45,164 nucleotides of DNA, from positions 1-45,164 of the forward strand of contig CAZNIN010000003.1 of NCBI GenBank assembly GCA_964573155.1, given 5' to 3'. This DNA is from an uncultured Candidatus Saccharibacteria bacterium. GTDB taxonomy: Bacteria > Patescibacteriota > Saccharimonadia > Saccharimonadales > JAGQNK01. The notes below the pieces were generated by a model. That model saw only the letters and a list, made by a program, of their open reading frames with translations, was not told the DNA's origin and searched no databases. The first letter of the stretch is position 1, and the number at the start of each line of letters is the position of its first letter. This document shows, piece by piece, positions 25,961-33,543 of this stretch. A program made the position numbers and the translations under genes.

Positions 25961-26312
25961 CGATCATCTCCAGTAGTTTTTGACCTTCTTCCGGCTCCAG
26001 GTGATGCTTACACTCGCTGGCCTGCTTAATAGCTCTCCAGCACTTGTCATGCAGATCAGGAAACTTCTCTAGATGCTCTGGCTTGAAGTAATCCGCCCAC
26101 AACACCATCAGATGATGCTTGACGAGCTCGGCGCGCTCTTCTTTTATAATAATCGCCCGCATTTTATTGTGTTCATCAAGTCCTGGATATTTGTCCATAA
26201 TAGCTTTTACGCTTTGAGCCTCAATCCGCGCCTGAGCCGGATCATACACACCACACGGCAAATCGCAGTGGGCATACACGGGTTTTACAAATCTTTTTAG
26301 CATGCGAATCAT
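25923..26312 (-). CDS. sodN: nickel-containing superoxide dismutase precursor
   Basis: The pro-peptide MIRMLKRFVKPVYA is followed by the Ni-hook HCDLPCGVYDP. There is a strong SD sequence (GAGGAGGG) upstream of the ATG at 26312. Confidence 0.9.
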   Translation of the reverse strand: MIRMLKRFVKPVYAHCDLPCGVYDPAQARIEAQSVKAIMDKYPGLDEHNKMRAIIIKEERAELVKHHLMVLWADYFKPEHLEKFPDLHDKCWRAIKQASECKHHLEPEEGQKLLEMIDDIAEIFKATKS

Positions 26313-26372
26313 CTACCCTCCTCAGTTATACGTCTAGTATACCAAGTATCGGTTGTGTCTCTGTAAGTGAAA

Positions 26373-27032
26373 TTACTTCTTCTGAAGGTCAGACTGCTCT
26401 TGACGCCATTTTTCGATGGCAGCGTGGTTCCCGCTTAACAGCACATCTGGTACTTTCATGCCGCGAAACTCCTCAGGACGCGTATACTGTGGGAACTCTA
26501 GATTGTCACCATGACTAAAACTCTCAATCTGTGCGCTCATCTCCCCGCCAAGTACACCCGGGATCAACCGTACTACAGCGTCAATTATTACCATCGCCGG
26601 TAGCTCACCTCCGGTGAGTACAAAATCGCCGATACTCAGCTGTCTATCAACTAACGCTGTGATGCGCTCGTCGTAACCTTCGTACCTTCCACAGACAATA
26701 ATCAAGCCCCTGCTTTCGTCAGCCAATTCCTGGGCCACTTGCTGAGAAAATCGCTCTCCACGGGGTGTCATAAGGTATACATTTGCGCTCGTGTCCTGCT
26801 CTTTGGCGTACTCCACCGCAGCAAATAACGGCTCCGGCTTCAGCAACATGCCATCACCGCCGCCATATGGTGTATCATCAACGGTCTTGCGCTGCCCTAG
26901 GCCGAAATCCCGCAGGTTTATATACGAATACTCAACAATACCCTTATTCTTCGCCTTCCATAGCATCGAAGTTTCAAGCACGGGGGCAAACATTTCTGGA
27001 AATAAACTGATAACCTGAATTTTCATACTCAT
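26373..27032 (-). CDS. trmD: tRNA (guanine37-N1)-methyltransferase
   Basis: IQVISLFPEMF...VDDTPYGGGDGMLLKPEP...CGRYEGYDERI...GDFVLTGGELPAMVIIDAV are classic TrmD blocks. Confidence 0.95.
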   Translation of the reverse strand: MSMKIQVISLFPEMFAPVLETSMLWKAKNKGIVEYSYINLRDFGLGQRKTVDDTPYGGGDGMLLKPEPLFAAVEYAKEQDTSANVYLMTPRGERFSQQVAQELADESRGLIIVCGRYEGYDERITALVDRQLSIGDFVLTGGELPAMVIIDAVVRLIPGVLGGEMSAQIESFSHGDNLEFPQYTRPEEFRGMKVPDVLLSGNHAAIEKWRQEQSDLQKK

Positions 27033-27049
27033 ATTCTATCTCATAAAAC

Positions 27050-27082
27050 CACTAAAACCCGAGTATATCCCGGGTTTTAGTG
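27050..27082 (-). terminator. strong hairpin (terminator/attenuator-like) between the KH-protein gene and trmD
   Basis: A 12-bp perfect stem (27050-27061 CACTAAAACCCG / 27071-27082 CGGGTTTTAGTG) with a 9-nt loop. On the minus strand it is followed by GTTTTAT, 17 nt before the trmD ATG. Confidence 0.4.
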
Positions 27083-27210
27083 TCACATAAAGCTCCCACT
27101 AATCGTGGCTCGCAATGAGCTTATCGAGTGTTTGTTTTTTTGAAAGTTCTTGATCTTTGATAGACCAGAAGTAACTTTACAGCATGAGCGCTTCGAATGC
27201 AAGCGATTGT

Positions 27211-27579
27211 CTAGATGTCCAGATCGTCCAGATCTTCAAGTTCTTTTCGAGTGTTCTTGACGACGTCACTTTCACCAGACTCTTCTCTGACCTCTGTTTC
27301 AGAATCCCTATCTGGCGTAGAGGTCACCGTGCCAGTTGTGTCTACAATTTTCAGATTGTACCGTGCGTCATTCTTTGTTCCCAGCGCCCGAAGCAGTGTC
27401 CTAAGACTCTGTGCGGTTGCACCACGTTTTCCAATGACACGACCGAGATCTTCTCCGTCTACAGTAAGCTCTAGGAGCACACCCTTTTCATCTATGCGTC
27501 GTTCAATTTGAACAGCGTCCGGATTGCTGACTAGGGATTTTACGATAAATTCTACAAATTGTTGATCGATTGTACTCAT
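27211..27579 (-). CDS. KH-domain RNA-binding protein (YlqC/UPF0109-like) with an acidic C-terminal extension
   Basis: FVEFIVKSLVSNPDAVQIE...LLELTVDGEDLGRVIGKRGATAQSLRTLL is the UPF0109 KH core. A ~45-aa D/E/S/T-rich tail follows. GGAGG lies upstream of the ATG. Confidence 0.8.
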   Translation of the reverse strand: MSTIDQQFVEFIVKSLVSNPDAVQIERRIDEKGVLLELTVDGEDLGRVIGKRGATAQSLRTLLRALGTKNDARYNLKIVDTTGTVTSTPDRDSETEVREESGESDVVKNTRKELEDLDDLDI

Positions 27580-27645
27580 GCGCGGTCATACCTCCATTAC
27601 AGTCATACTTATTATACACTACGCTCGCTCGAGACCATACGCCAC

Positions 27646-27672
27646 AAAAAACCCCGCCATTTCTTGACGGGG
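27646..27672 (-). terminator. rho-independent terminator after rpsP
   Basis: On the minus strand: CCCCGTC-aagaaat-GGCGGGG (7-bp stem including one G-U pair), followed by TTTTTT. Confidence 0.7.
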
Positions 27673-27699
27673 CTCTTCAGGCATAGGTGATCGAGAGCT

Positions 27700-28134
27700 T
27701 TACGCTTCTTTTTTTTCTTCTGTCGTCACCGCTTCATCAGATGGCGCTTCCGCGGCAGACTGCTCGGCAGGTGCCTCATCGGTTGACAATTCTGCTACTT
27801 CTTCAGCGGCAGGCTCTTCTTTCGGCTGGTTTTTGCGTAGCTTATCTACGTTCTTGATTTCACGCTTTTTCTTGGTCTCTAGTTTTACCCAACCAGGCAA
27901 TTTGATACCTTCGGCTTTGAGTAACCGAGCAGCTCGGTCGGATGGCTGCGCACCATGATCAAGGTAAAACGAAGCCTTTTCTTTGTCGATAACAGCTTCT
28001 TTAGTGTGTGGATTGAAGTGACCTAGCGATGCGACAATACGCCCACTAGTCGGGGTCCGGCGCGAGTCTTGAACGACAACGCGGAATTGAGCGTGACCTT
28101 TACGGCCAGTACGCTGCATACGAATGACTAACAT
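27700..28134 (-). CDS. rpsP: 30S ribosomal protein S16 with an Ala/Glu-rich C-terminal extension
   Basis: MLVIRMQRTGRKGHAQFRVVVQDSRRTPTSGRIVASLGHFNP is the canonical S16 N-terminus. It is 144 aa, versus about 80-90 aa typically. Confidence 0.9.
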   Translation of the reverse strand: MLVIRMQRTGRKGHAQFRVVVQDSRRTPTSGRIVASLGHFNPHTKEAVIDKEKASFYLDHGAQPSDRAARLLKAEGIKLPGWVKLETKKKREIKNVDKLRKNQPKEEPAAEEVAELSTDEAPAEQSAAEAPSDEAVTTEEKKEA

Positions 28135-28176
28135 TCTTTTCTCTCTTCCCGTTAAGGTGTTAATAAATACCGGCTA

Positions 28177-28205
28177 AGTTTACAGGGTTTGACCCCTGTT
28201 GTCAA
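28177..28205 (-). promoter_or_regulatory. candidate sigma70-type promoter for rpsP
   Basis: On the minus strand: TTGACA (28205-28200), a 17-nt spacer, then TAAACT (28182-28177). The spacer contains the inverted repeat ACAGGG-N6-CCCTGT. Confidence 0.5.
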
Positions 28206-28211
28206 GCAAAA

Positions 28212-28907
28212 CTACTTCTTTATGACCCTAAGCGCTGACTCTGCGGCGGCCACTTGTGCGTTTTGCTTGCTCGGACCTGTACCTTTGCCGCGAAGCTTGC
28301 CGTCGACAAATACTCCCACCGTAAAGATCTTTTCATGATCAGGACCTTCTTCACCCAGCACCTTGTACTGCGGCGTATGACCTTCTTGGCTTTGAATAAT
28401 TTCCTGCAAATGCGACTTTGGATCCATCCAGGAACCGGTCTGCAAGATATCCTCAAAGGTGACCAGCAGGTTTTTTTCTATAAATTGCTTTGCCGAATCA
28501 TAGCCCTGGTCCAGATACAGCGCGCCGATAACAGCTTCGAACGAGTTAGCTAGAATCTGCGCCCTCGCCCGCGGTGTACCACGCTTCTCGCCTCGGCTCA
28601 GCCTGAGTAACGGCTCAAAATCAAGCCTGGCTGCGGCTGCGCCAATACTCTCTGTCCGTACCAGTGCACTGCGCCAGTTGGTCAGCACGCCCTCAGGATC
28701 GGAAAAGTTAGCATACAGATATTCGGTCACGACCAGTTCAAGTACCGCATCGCCCAGAAACTCCAATCGCTCATTGTGTTCACGGGCCGTCTTTTTGTGC
28801 TCATTAACATAAGAACGGTGAGTAAAAGCCGTCACTAACAGCTCCAATGTATTGAAAGTTACGCCAAGCTTTTCCGATGCGAATGTCTGGTATTTACTAA
28901 AATCCAT
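28212..28907 (-). CDS. rnc: ribonuclease III
   Basis: Carries the RNase III signature NERLEFLGDAVLELVV and a C-terminal dsRBD (PKSHLQEIIQ...GPSKQNAQVAAAESAL). Confidence 0.95.
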   Translation of the reverse strand: MDFSKYQTFASEKLGVTFNTLELLVTAFTHRSYVNEHKKTAREHNERLEFLGDAVLELVVTEYLYANFSDPEGVLTNWRSALVRTESIGAAAARLDFEPLLRLSRGEKRGTPRARAQILANSFEAVIGALYLDQGYDSAKQFIEKNLLVTFEDILQTGSWMDPKSHLQEIIQSQEGHTPQYKVLGEEGPDHEKIFTVGVFVDGKLRGKGTGPSKQNAQVAAAESALRVIKK

Positions 28908-28913
28908 GCGTTT

Positions 28914-29465
28914 TTATAGTCCGGCTTGCCGAATCTTCTTGAGCCCCAGCAATATTATTTTACCGATATCTTCGTACTCGATCTTATCCAATGCTTGCGC
29001 GGCCGGGAACCACTTAATGCCATTCATCCAATCTTCGGGCTGCAGCTTATCCGTGTCGCCTTTACCCTGCACCAAAAATATTTCAGTAGTCATTAGAACG
29101 AGACTCGTCCCACGACGATATCGAAAGTTAATCTTGCCCAGCCAGTTTAGGACCTTCATTTCTTGCAAACCAGTTTCCTCTCGGATTTCGCGTTCAGCTG
29201 TCTCTTTTGCTGATTCACCTTCCTCTATGTGCCCCTTAGGGATTGTCCAGCGATCTTTGGCGTCCTGAATCAGCAAAATTTCAATTTCATTACTTTTCTG
29301 ATTACGACGAAAAATAATGCCGCCAGCTGTCGGCTCACGCACAACCTCACTGATTGCAGGTCGCCGTTTGTTTACAAATTTCCTAATACCTTGGATAGGC
29401 TTCTGGATGCCTTGAATCGGCTTCTGAATGCTTTGAAACGGTCTTGATCTTTTAGGCTTCTTCAT
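28914..29465 (-). CDS. NUDIX hydrolase with a basic, repeat-containing N-terminal extension
   Basis: Nudix box GHIEEGESAKETAEREIREETGL. The N-terminus is MKKPKRSRPFQSIQKPIQGIQKPIQGIRKF. There is an ATGA overlap with nusB. Confidence 0.85.
   Translation of the reverse strand: MKKPKRSRPFQSIQKPIQGIQKPIQGIRKFVNKRRPAISEVVREPTAGGIIFRRNQKSNEIEILLIQDAKDRWTIPKGHIEEGESAKETAEREIREETGLQEMKVLNWLGKINFRYRRGTSLVLMTTEIFLVQGKGDTDKLQPEDWMNGIKWFPAAQALDKIEYEDIGKIILLGLKKIRQAGL
29376..29435 (-). repeat. about three imperfect 21-nt tandem repeats encoding a heptad (IQKPIQG) in the NUDIX N-terminus
   Basis: The protein reads QSIQKP IQGIQKP IQGIRKF. The DNA shows the corresponding CTTCTGGAT/CTTCTGAAT periodicity. 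Confidence 0.6.
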
Positions 29466-29941
29466 ATTTTTTCAACTTTCGGGGATTTGCCACTAGCCGG
29501 CGTGTCATCGGGCTTACTGACTCGCTCCTTGAGTACGGTCCCTAGGACGCCGTTCACAAACTTACTTGAGTTTTCACCACCGAAACCCTTAGCAAGCTCA
29601 ACGGCTTCATTTATGACGACCTTTGGAGGGACATTGACACCAAACAGCAGCTCGTACGCCCCCATTCGCAACACGATACGATCCATGCGCGCAATCTGAT
29701 CGATTGGCCACTCCGGAGCAACAGGCTGGAGTACCTCATCAAGTTCATCACGCTTCGCATCGACACCATTCACTAGACCCGCTATAAAATCTTGGTCCTC
29801 GACCATGTCACGATAGCGGCTAATATTACGTGCCAGCACCTCCTTGAGACTAAAGCTATCATCACGGCACTCTATACGAAATTCCTGCTCGTACAGCGTT
29901 TGCAAGGCGATGATGCGGCCGAGATGACGGTTCGATGCCAT
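29462..29941 (-). CDS. nusB: transcription antitermination factor NusB
   Basis: RIIALQTLYEQEF...APEWPIDQIARMDRIVLRMGAYELLF...PPKVVINEAVELAKGFG are NusB family blocks. Confidence 0.9.
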   Translation of the reverse strand: MASNRHLGRIIALQTLYEQEFRIECRDDSFSLKEVLARNISRYRDMVEDQDFIAGLVNGVDAKRDELDEVLQPVAPEWPIDQIARMDRIVLRMGAYELLFGVNVPPKVVINEAVELAKGFGGENSSKFVNGVLGTVLKERVSKPDDTPASGKSPKVEKI

Positions 29942-30004
29942 ATTGTTAATTCCTTGTTTAAAGGTTCTACTCAGTACCAGTATACGCTACCGGAACCAAA
30001 ACTT

Positions 30005-30151
30005 TTAGGCAGCTTTTTTGCCAGTCTCTTTTGCAGTCGTCCGAGCTTTTACCGGCGATTTTGCATTAACAGCGCGTGCCAGTTTGAGCACTAAGTGGCT
30101 CCGGCGCGCCCCTGTGCGGCGTGGGCTAGTTCGTTTCTTGGGCTTTCCCAT
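30005..30151 (-). CDS. rpmF: 50S ribosomal protein L32 (Cys-free form); missing from the ORF track
   Basis: The ATG at 30151 is preceded by AGGAG. It translates to MGKPKKRTSPRRTGARRSHLVLKLARAVNAKSPVKARTTAKETGKKAA (48 aa). The KKRTS..R...RRSH N-terminus is the L32 signature. There are no zinc-ribbon cysteines. Confidence 0.75.
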   Translation of the reverse strand: MGKPKKRTSPRRTGARRSHLVLKLARAVNAKSPVKARTTAKETGKKAA

Positions 30152-30251
30152 GCGAAAACTACTCCTATTATCTAAACTTATTCTGATAAATATTACATCC
30201 TATGGTAGCGCAAAAACAGATATAACTCAAGTAGTGAGTCTGAATTGACTA

Positions 30252-30280
30252 TTGACAAAATATGGATTTTTTGTTATAAT
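30252..30280 (+). promoter_or_regulatory. perfect-consensus sigma70 promoter (TTGACA-17 nt-TATAAT)
   Basis: TTGACA at 30252-30257, a 17-nt spacer (AAATATGGATTTTTTGT), and TATAAT at 30275-30280. The first in-frame ATG (30288) begins 8 nt after the -10 element. Confidence 0.7.
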
Positions 30281-30287
30281 TCATTTT

Positions 30288-30665
30288 ATGAACATGTATG
30301 AAGGTTCTACTGGTTACGAAAATCAAGAAATGAACACGTATTCGAGGTTTGTTGATTGGTTAGGACGTCTTGGCACAGAGCGTCGCTGGGGAAGAAACCT
30401 AGACGCCAACGAAGCCTACATGTACGGCAGACGCCGTTTAGCCGTGTTGGCTGCACCGATTGCACTTTCAGCCGTTGGCGTCGCAGCTGTTGCAGGGCTC
30501 TCTGCTTTGGAGCAGTCACAAAATGAACACCTCGAAAGTCTTGAACTATGCGTAAGCGAAGCAGCGGGACGACCTATTGATCTTCAGATTGACCCCAAAG
30601 ATGGAGAAATCATAAAGCCCGAGACAATCTACGATGAAATCGTTGCCTGTCAGCGTGAACGCTAG
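30288..30665 (+). CDS. 125-aa hypothetical single-pass membrane protein (probably leaderless mRNA)
   Basis: The ORF-track start (TTG 30252) coincides with the -35 box, so ATG 30288 (MNMYEGSTGYEN) is preferred. The TM helix is LAVLAAPIALSAVGVAAVAGLSAL. Confidence 0.55.
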   Translation: MNMYEGSTGYENQEMNTYSRFVDWLGRLGTERRWGRNLDANEAYMYGRRRLAVLAAPIALSAVGVAAVAGLSALEQSQNEHLESLELCVSEAAGRPIDLQIDPKDGEIIKPETIYDEIVACQRER

Positions 30666-30689
30666 ACAAATATAGGAGGAATACCATCC

Positions 30690-30986
30690 ATGAAAACATC
30701 CAAACGTTTTACAAGTCCTTTCGGCTTCAAGCCACTCGAAACTCTGCCTGACGTACGATTGACAGAGCCGACAACGCATATACGAATAGTTGGCCCCGCC
30801 CAGCCAAAGTTGTATGACTGGGCGACGGAAGCTCCGGAACTTATGGATTATTCAGAGCAAGCAAGCGATCCTCAGCAAGCAGAGAAACTAGCGCCTGTTA
30901 TCGGTTCAATTGGAATTGGCAGTATAGAAGTCGCAGACCAGCGTACAGTATTAAACTTTCTACAAGAGGGTCCAACAAGCTCATAA
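30690..30986 (+). CDS. 98-aa hypothetical protein
   Basis: The ATG at 30690 is preceded by AGGAGG. It follows 30288..30665 on the same strand. I recognise no family. Confidence 0.55.
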   Translation: MKTSKRFTSPFGFKPLETLPDVRLTEPTTHIRIVGPAQPKLYDWATEAPELMDYSEQASDPQQAEKLAPVIGSIGIGSIEVADQRTVLNFLQEGPTSS

Positions 30987-31058
30987 ATAGCCTGTGGTCG
31001 TCACGCCACAAAGGCACAAAAACACCTAACTCGTTGACGAACATCGTTTTAGCTTGCT

Positions 31059-33491
31059 CTAGACAACGAAATTCACCAACCGGCCGGGCACGTATATTTC
31101 ACGCCGGACATTCTTGCCATCCAGATATGTATGCACTTTTTCGTCCGTCATGGCTGCAGCTACGATCGCAGTCTGGCCTGCGTCCTGTGGCACCTCTATG
31201 GTCGAGCGAACCTTGCCGTTTACCTGTACAACAATTTTCATCGTGTCGCTTACGAGATATTTTTCGTCATAAACTGGCCATTCTGACAGGTGAACTGATT
31301 CATCATGACCAAGATTTTGCCATAGTTCCTCTGTAATATGTGGCGCAAATGGTGCGAGCAACTTAGTTAAGGTTTCGAGCGCAAATTTCCAAGACTCCCT
31401 GTCGATGAATCCCATCTCTGCCTTAATTTTGTATAGCTCGTTAGTCATCTCCATTAATGCAGCAATTGCCGTATTGAACCCCATGTCGTGCATATCTTCT
31501 GACACACGTTTTATCGCTTTGTGACTGGCTATGGTGACCTGCGGCTGGTCATCTTGGGCCTCAGGAGCGGTCAAAAATTCCTGAACCAGTGTCCAGACGC
31601 GCTGCAAAAAACGGAAACAACCACCTAGTCCTTCAACACTCCAGGCCGCCTCCTGATTCCACGGTCCAATGAAAAGTTCCATCAACCTTACTGAGTCTGC
31701 TCCGTAGCCTTGGTCGATAAGTTCATCAGGAGCGATAACGTTGCCCCAACTCTTGCTCATCTTACGTCCATCAGGTGCAAGAATCATTCCGTGGTTGCGC
31801 AGAGCCTTAAAGGGCTCATCGAATTCAATCAACCCTGCGTCAAACATTACCTTTGTCCACATACGAGCGTATAACAGATGCATGACCGCGTGCTCTGCTC
31901 CACCAATATAGTCATCAACAGGCAGCCAGAAGCTTGCTTTATCTTTACTGAATGGCTCCTGGTCATTGTGCGGATCGGCAAACCGCAGAAAGTACCAGCT
32001 CGAACACGCAAAACCGTCCATAGTATCCGTTTCACGCTTTGCGGGACCACCACATTGGGGACAGGTGGCATTAACCCAGTCGTGTACACTAGCCAATACG
32101 CTCGTGCCTTCACCCGTGGGCTGATAGCTTTCAACCTCAGGGAGCTCTACTGGCAACTGCTCATCGGGAACGGCCACTGCGCCGTCTTTTTCGCAGTGCA
32201 CGATAGGAATCGGAGCACCCCAATAGCGCTGACGAGATATAAGCCAGTCTCTGATTTTGTAATTCACTTTTTCGCCAGCTTTGTTATCTACCGCAAGATC
32301 AGCGACAATCTTCTCGCGCATCTCAGACGTACGCATACCATCGTAGCCACCAGAGTTTTTGACGACGCCTTCACCGCCAAAATTATCACTTGTTGTTCCG
32401 TCTTTGTCATAAACCTCGATAATCGGAAGGTCGAACTTCTGCGCAAATTCAAAATCACGTTCGTCGTGAGCCGGAACGGCCATGATAGCACCCGTTCCAT
32501 ACCCATAAAGTACATAGTCAGCAATCCAGATCGGTATCTTTTCGTTATTCACAGGGTTGATAGCATATGCACCCGTAAACACACCTGTTTTTTCCCGATC
32601 CGTTTCTTGACGCTCTATTTCACTCTTAGCCTGTGTTGTTTTTTTATACTCATCAACCTTAACTTTTTGCGATTCTGTCGTAATAACTTCGACAATAGGG
32701 TGCTCAGGCGCCAATACCATAAACGTCACCCCATAGAGAGTGTCAGGACGGGTTGTAAATACTCGGATAACATCTTCCCTGCCCTCAACCGCAAAGTCAA
32801 TTTCCGCGCCAATACTTTTACCAATCCAGTTACGCTGCATTGATTTGATAGCATCTGACCAATCAAGTTTATCCAAGTCATCCACTAGCCGGTCTGCATA
32901 ATCAGTAATCTTAAAGAACCATTGGTTTAACGGTTTTTTTGTCACTTGACTGCCACATCGCCAACACTTACCCGACTCGACCTGCTCATTTGCCAACACT
33001 GTTTTGTCTGTATCACACCACCACTGAAGGCTTATATCCTGATACGCCAGGCCTCGCTCAAAAAGCAACTTAAAAAACCATTGAGTCCATTTGTAATAGC
33101 CGGGATCCGATGAGTTAACCTCTCGATCCCAGTCATAACTAAACCCCATTTGAGTCAGTTGTTGCTTGAACTTGCCGGTATTTTCGGCTATCGCTTGTTT
33201 GGGGCTTATATTATGTTTGATCGCATAATTCTCGGCAGGCAGGCCAAAAGCATCCCATCCCATGGGATGGAGTACATTCTCACCCTGCATGCGATAATAA
33301 CGAGCCACAGCGTCACCAATTGTATAGTTGCGTACATGTCCTACATGCATGGCCGCACCACTCGGATACGGAAAATACTCGAGCACATAACGTTTTGGCT
33401 TGCCTGGATCTTCGGTAGCTCTATAGATACCGCTTTCTTGCCATATTTTTTGCCACTTTGGCTCAATATCTTTTGGATTATATCGTTTCAT
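31059..33491 (-). CDS. leuS: leucyl-tRNA synthetase
   Basis: HIGH motif (PSGAAMHVGHVRNY), KMSKS motif (GRKMSKSWGNV), and an 810-aa bacterial LeuRS layout with a CP1 insertion. Confidence 0.97.
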   Translation of the reverse strand: MKRYNPKDIEPKWQKIWQESGIYRATEDPGKPKRYVLEYFPYPSGAAMHVGHVRNYTIGDAVARYYRMQGENVLHPMGWDAFGLPAENYAIKHNISPKQAIAENTGKFKQQLTQMGFSYDWDREVNSSDPGYYKWTQWFFKLLFERGLAYQDISLQWWCDTDKTVLANEQVESGKCWRCGSQVTKKPLNQWFFKITDYADRLVDDLDKLDWSDAIKSMQRNWIGKSIGAEIDFAVEGREDVIRVFTTRPDTLYGVTFMVLAPEHPIVEVITTESQKVKVDEYKKTTQAKSEIERQETDREKTGVFTGAYAINPVNNEKIPIWIADYVLYGYGTGAIMAVPAHDERDFEFAQKFDLPIIEVYDKDGTTSDNFGGEGVVKNSGGYDGMRTSEMREKIVADLAVDNKAGEKVNYKIRDWLISRQRYWGAPIPIVHCEKDGAVAVPDEQLPVELPEVESYQPTGEGTSVLASVHDWVNATCPQCGGPAKRETDTMDGFACSSWYFLRFADPHNDQEPFSKDKASFWLPVDDYIGGAEHAVMHLLYARMWTKVMFDAGLIEFDEPFKALRNHGMILAPDGRKMSKSWGNVIAPDELIDQGYGADSVRLMELFIGPWNQEAAWSVEGLGGCFRFLQRVWTLVQEFLTAPEAQDDQPQVTIASHKAIKRVSEDMHDMGFNTAIAALMEMTNELYKIKAEMGFIDRESWKFALETLTKLLAPFAPHITEELWQNLGHDESVHLSEWPVYDEKYLVSDTMKIVVQVNGKVRSTIEVPQDAGQTAIVAAAMTDEKVHTYLDGKNVRREIYVPGRLVNFVV

Positions 33492-33543
33492 TACCCGCGC
33501 ATTATACCTTACTTAACAGATAGAGTTAAGGATCGCGTAGACC

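Noticed and set aside
30018-30287. The plus-strand ORF 30018..30248, and the TTG start at 30252 for the 137-aa ORF.
   Set aside because: The first is antisense to the L32 gene. The second start codon is the -35 hexamer of a perfect consensus promoter, so translation cannot begin there.
31878-32843. A 321-aa plus-strand ORF, along with other long antisense ORFs (e.g. 5501..5938, 8173..8520, 9672..10070, 33150..33653).
   Set aside because: Each is fully embedded antisense to a high-confidence gene (LeuRS with HIGH/KMSKS, GH16, and so on). Their compositions are odd and low-complexity, and they lack start signals. These are typical shadow ORFs.
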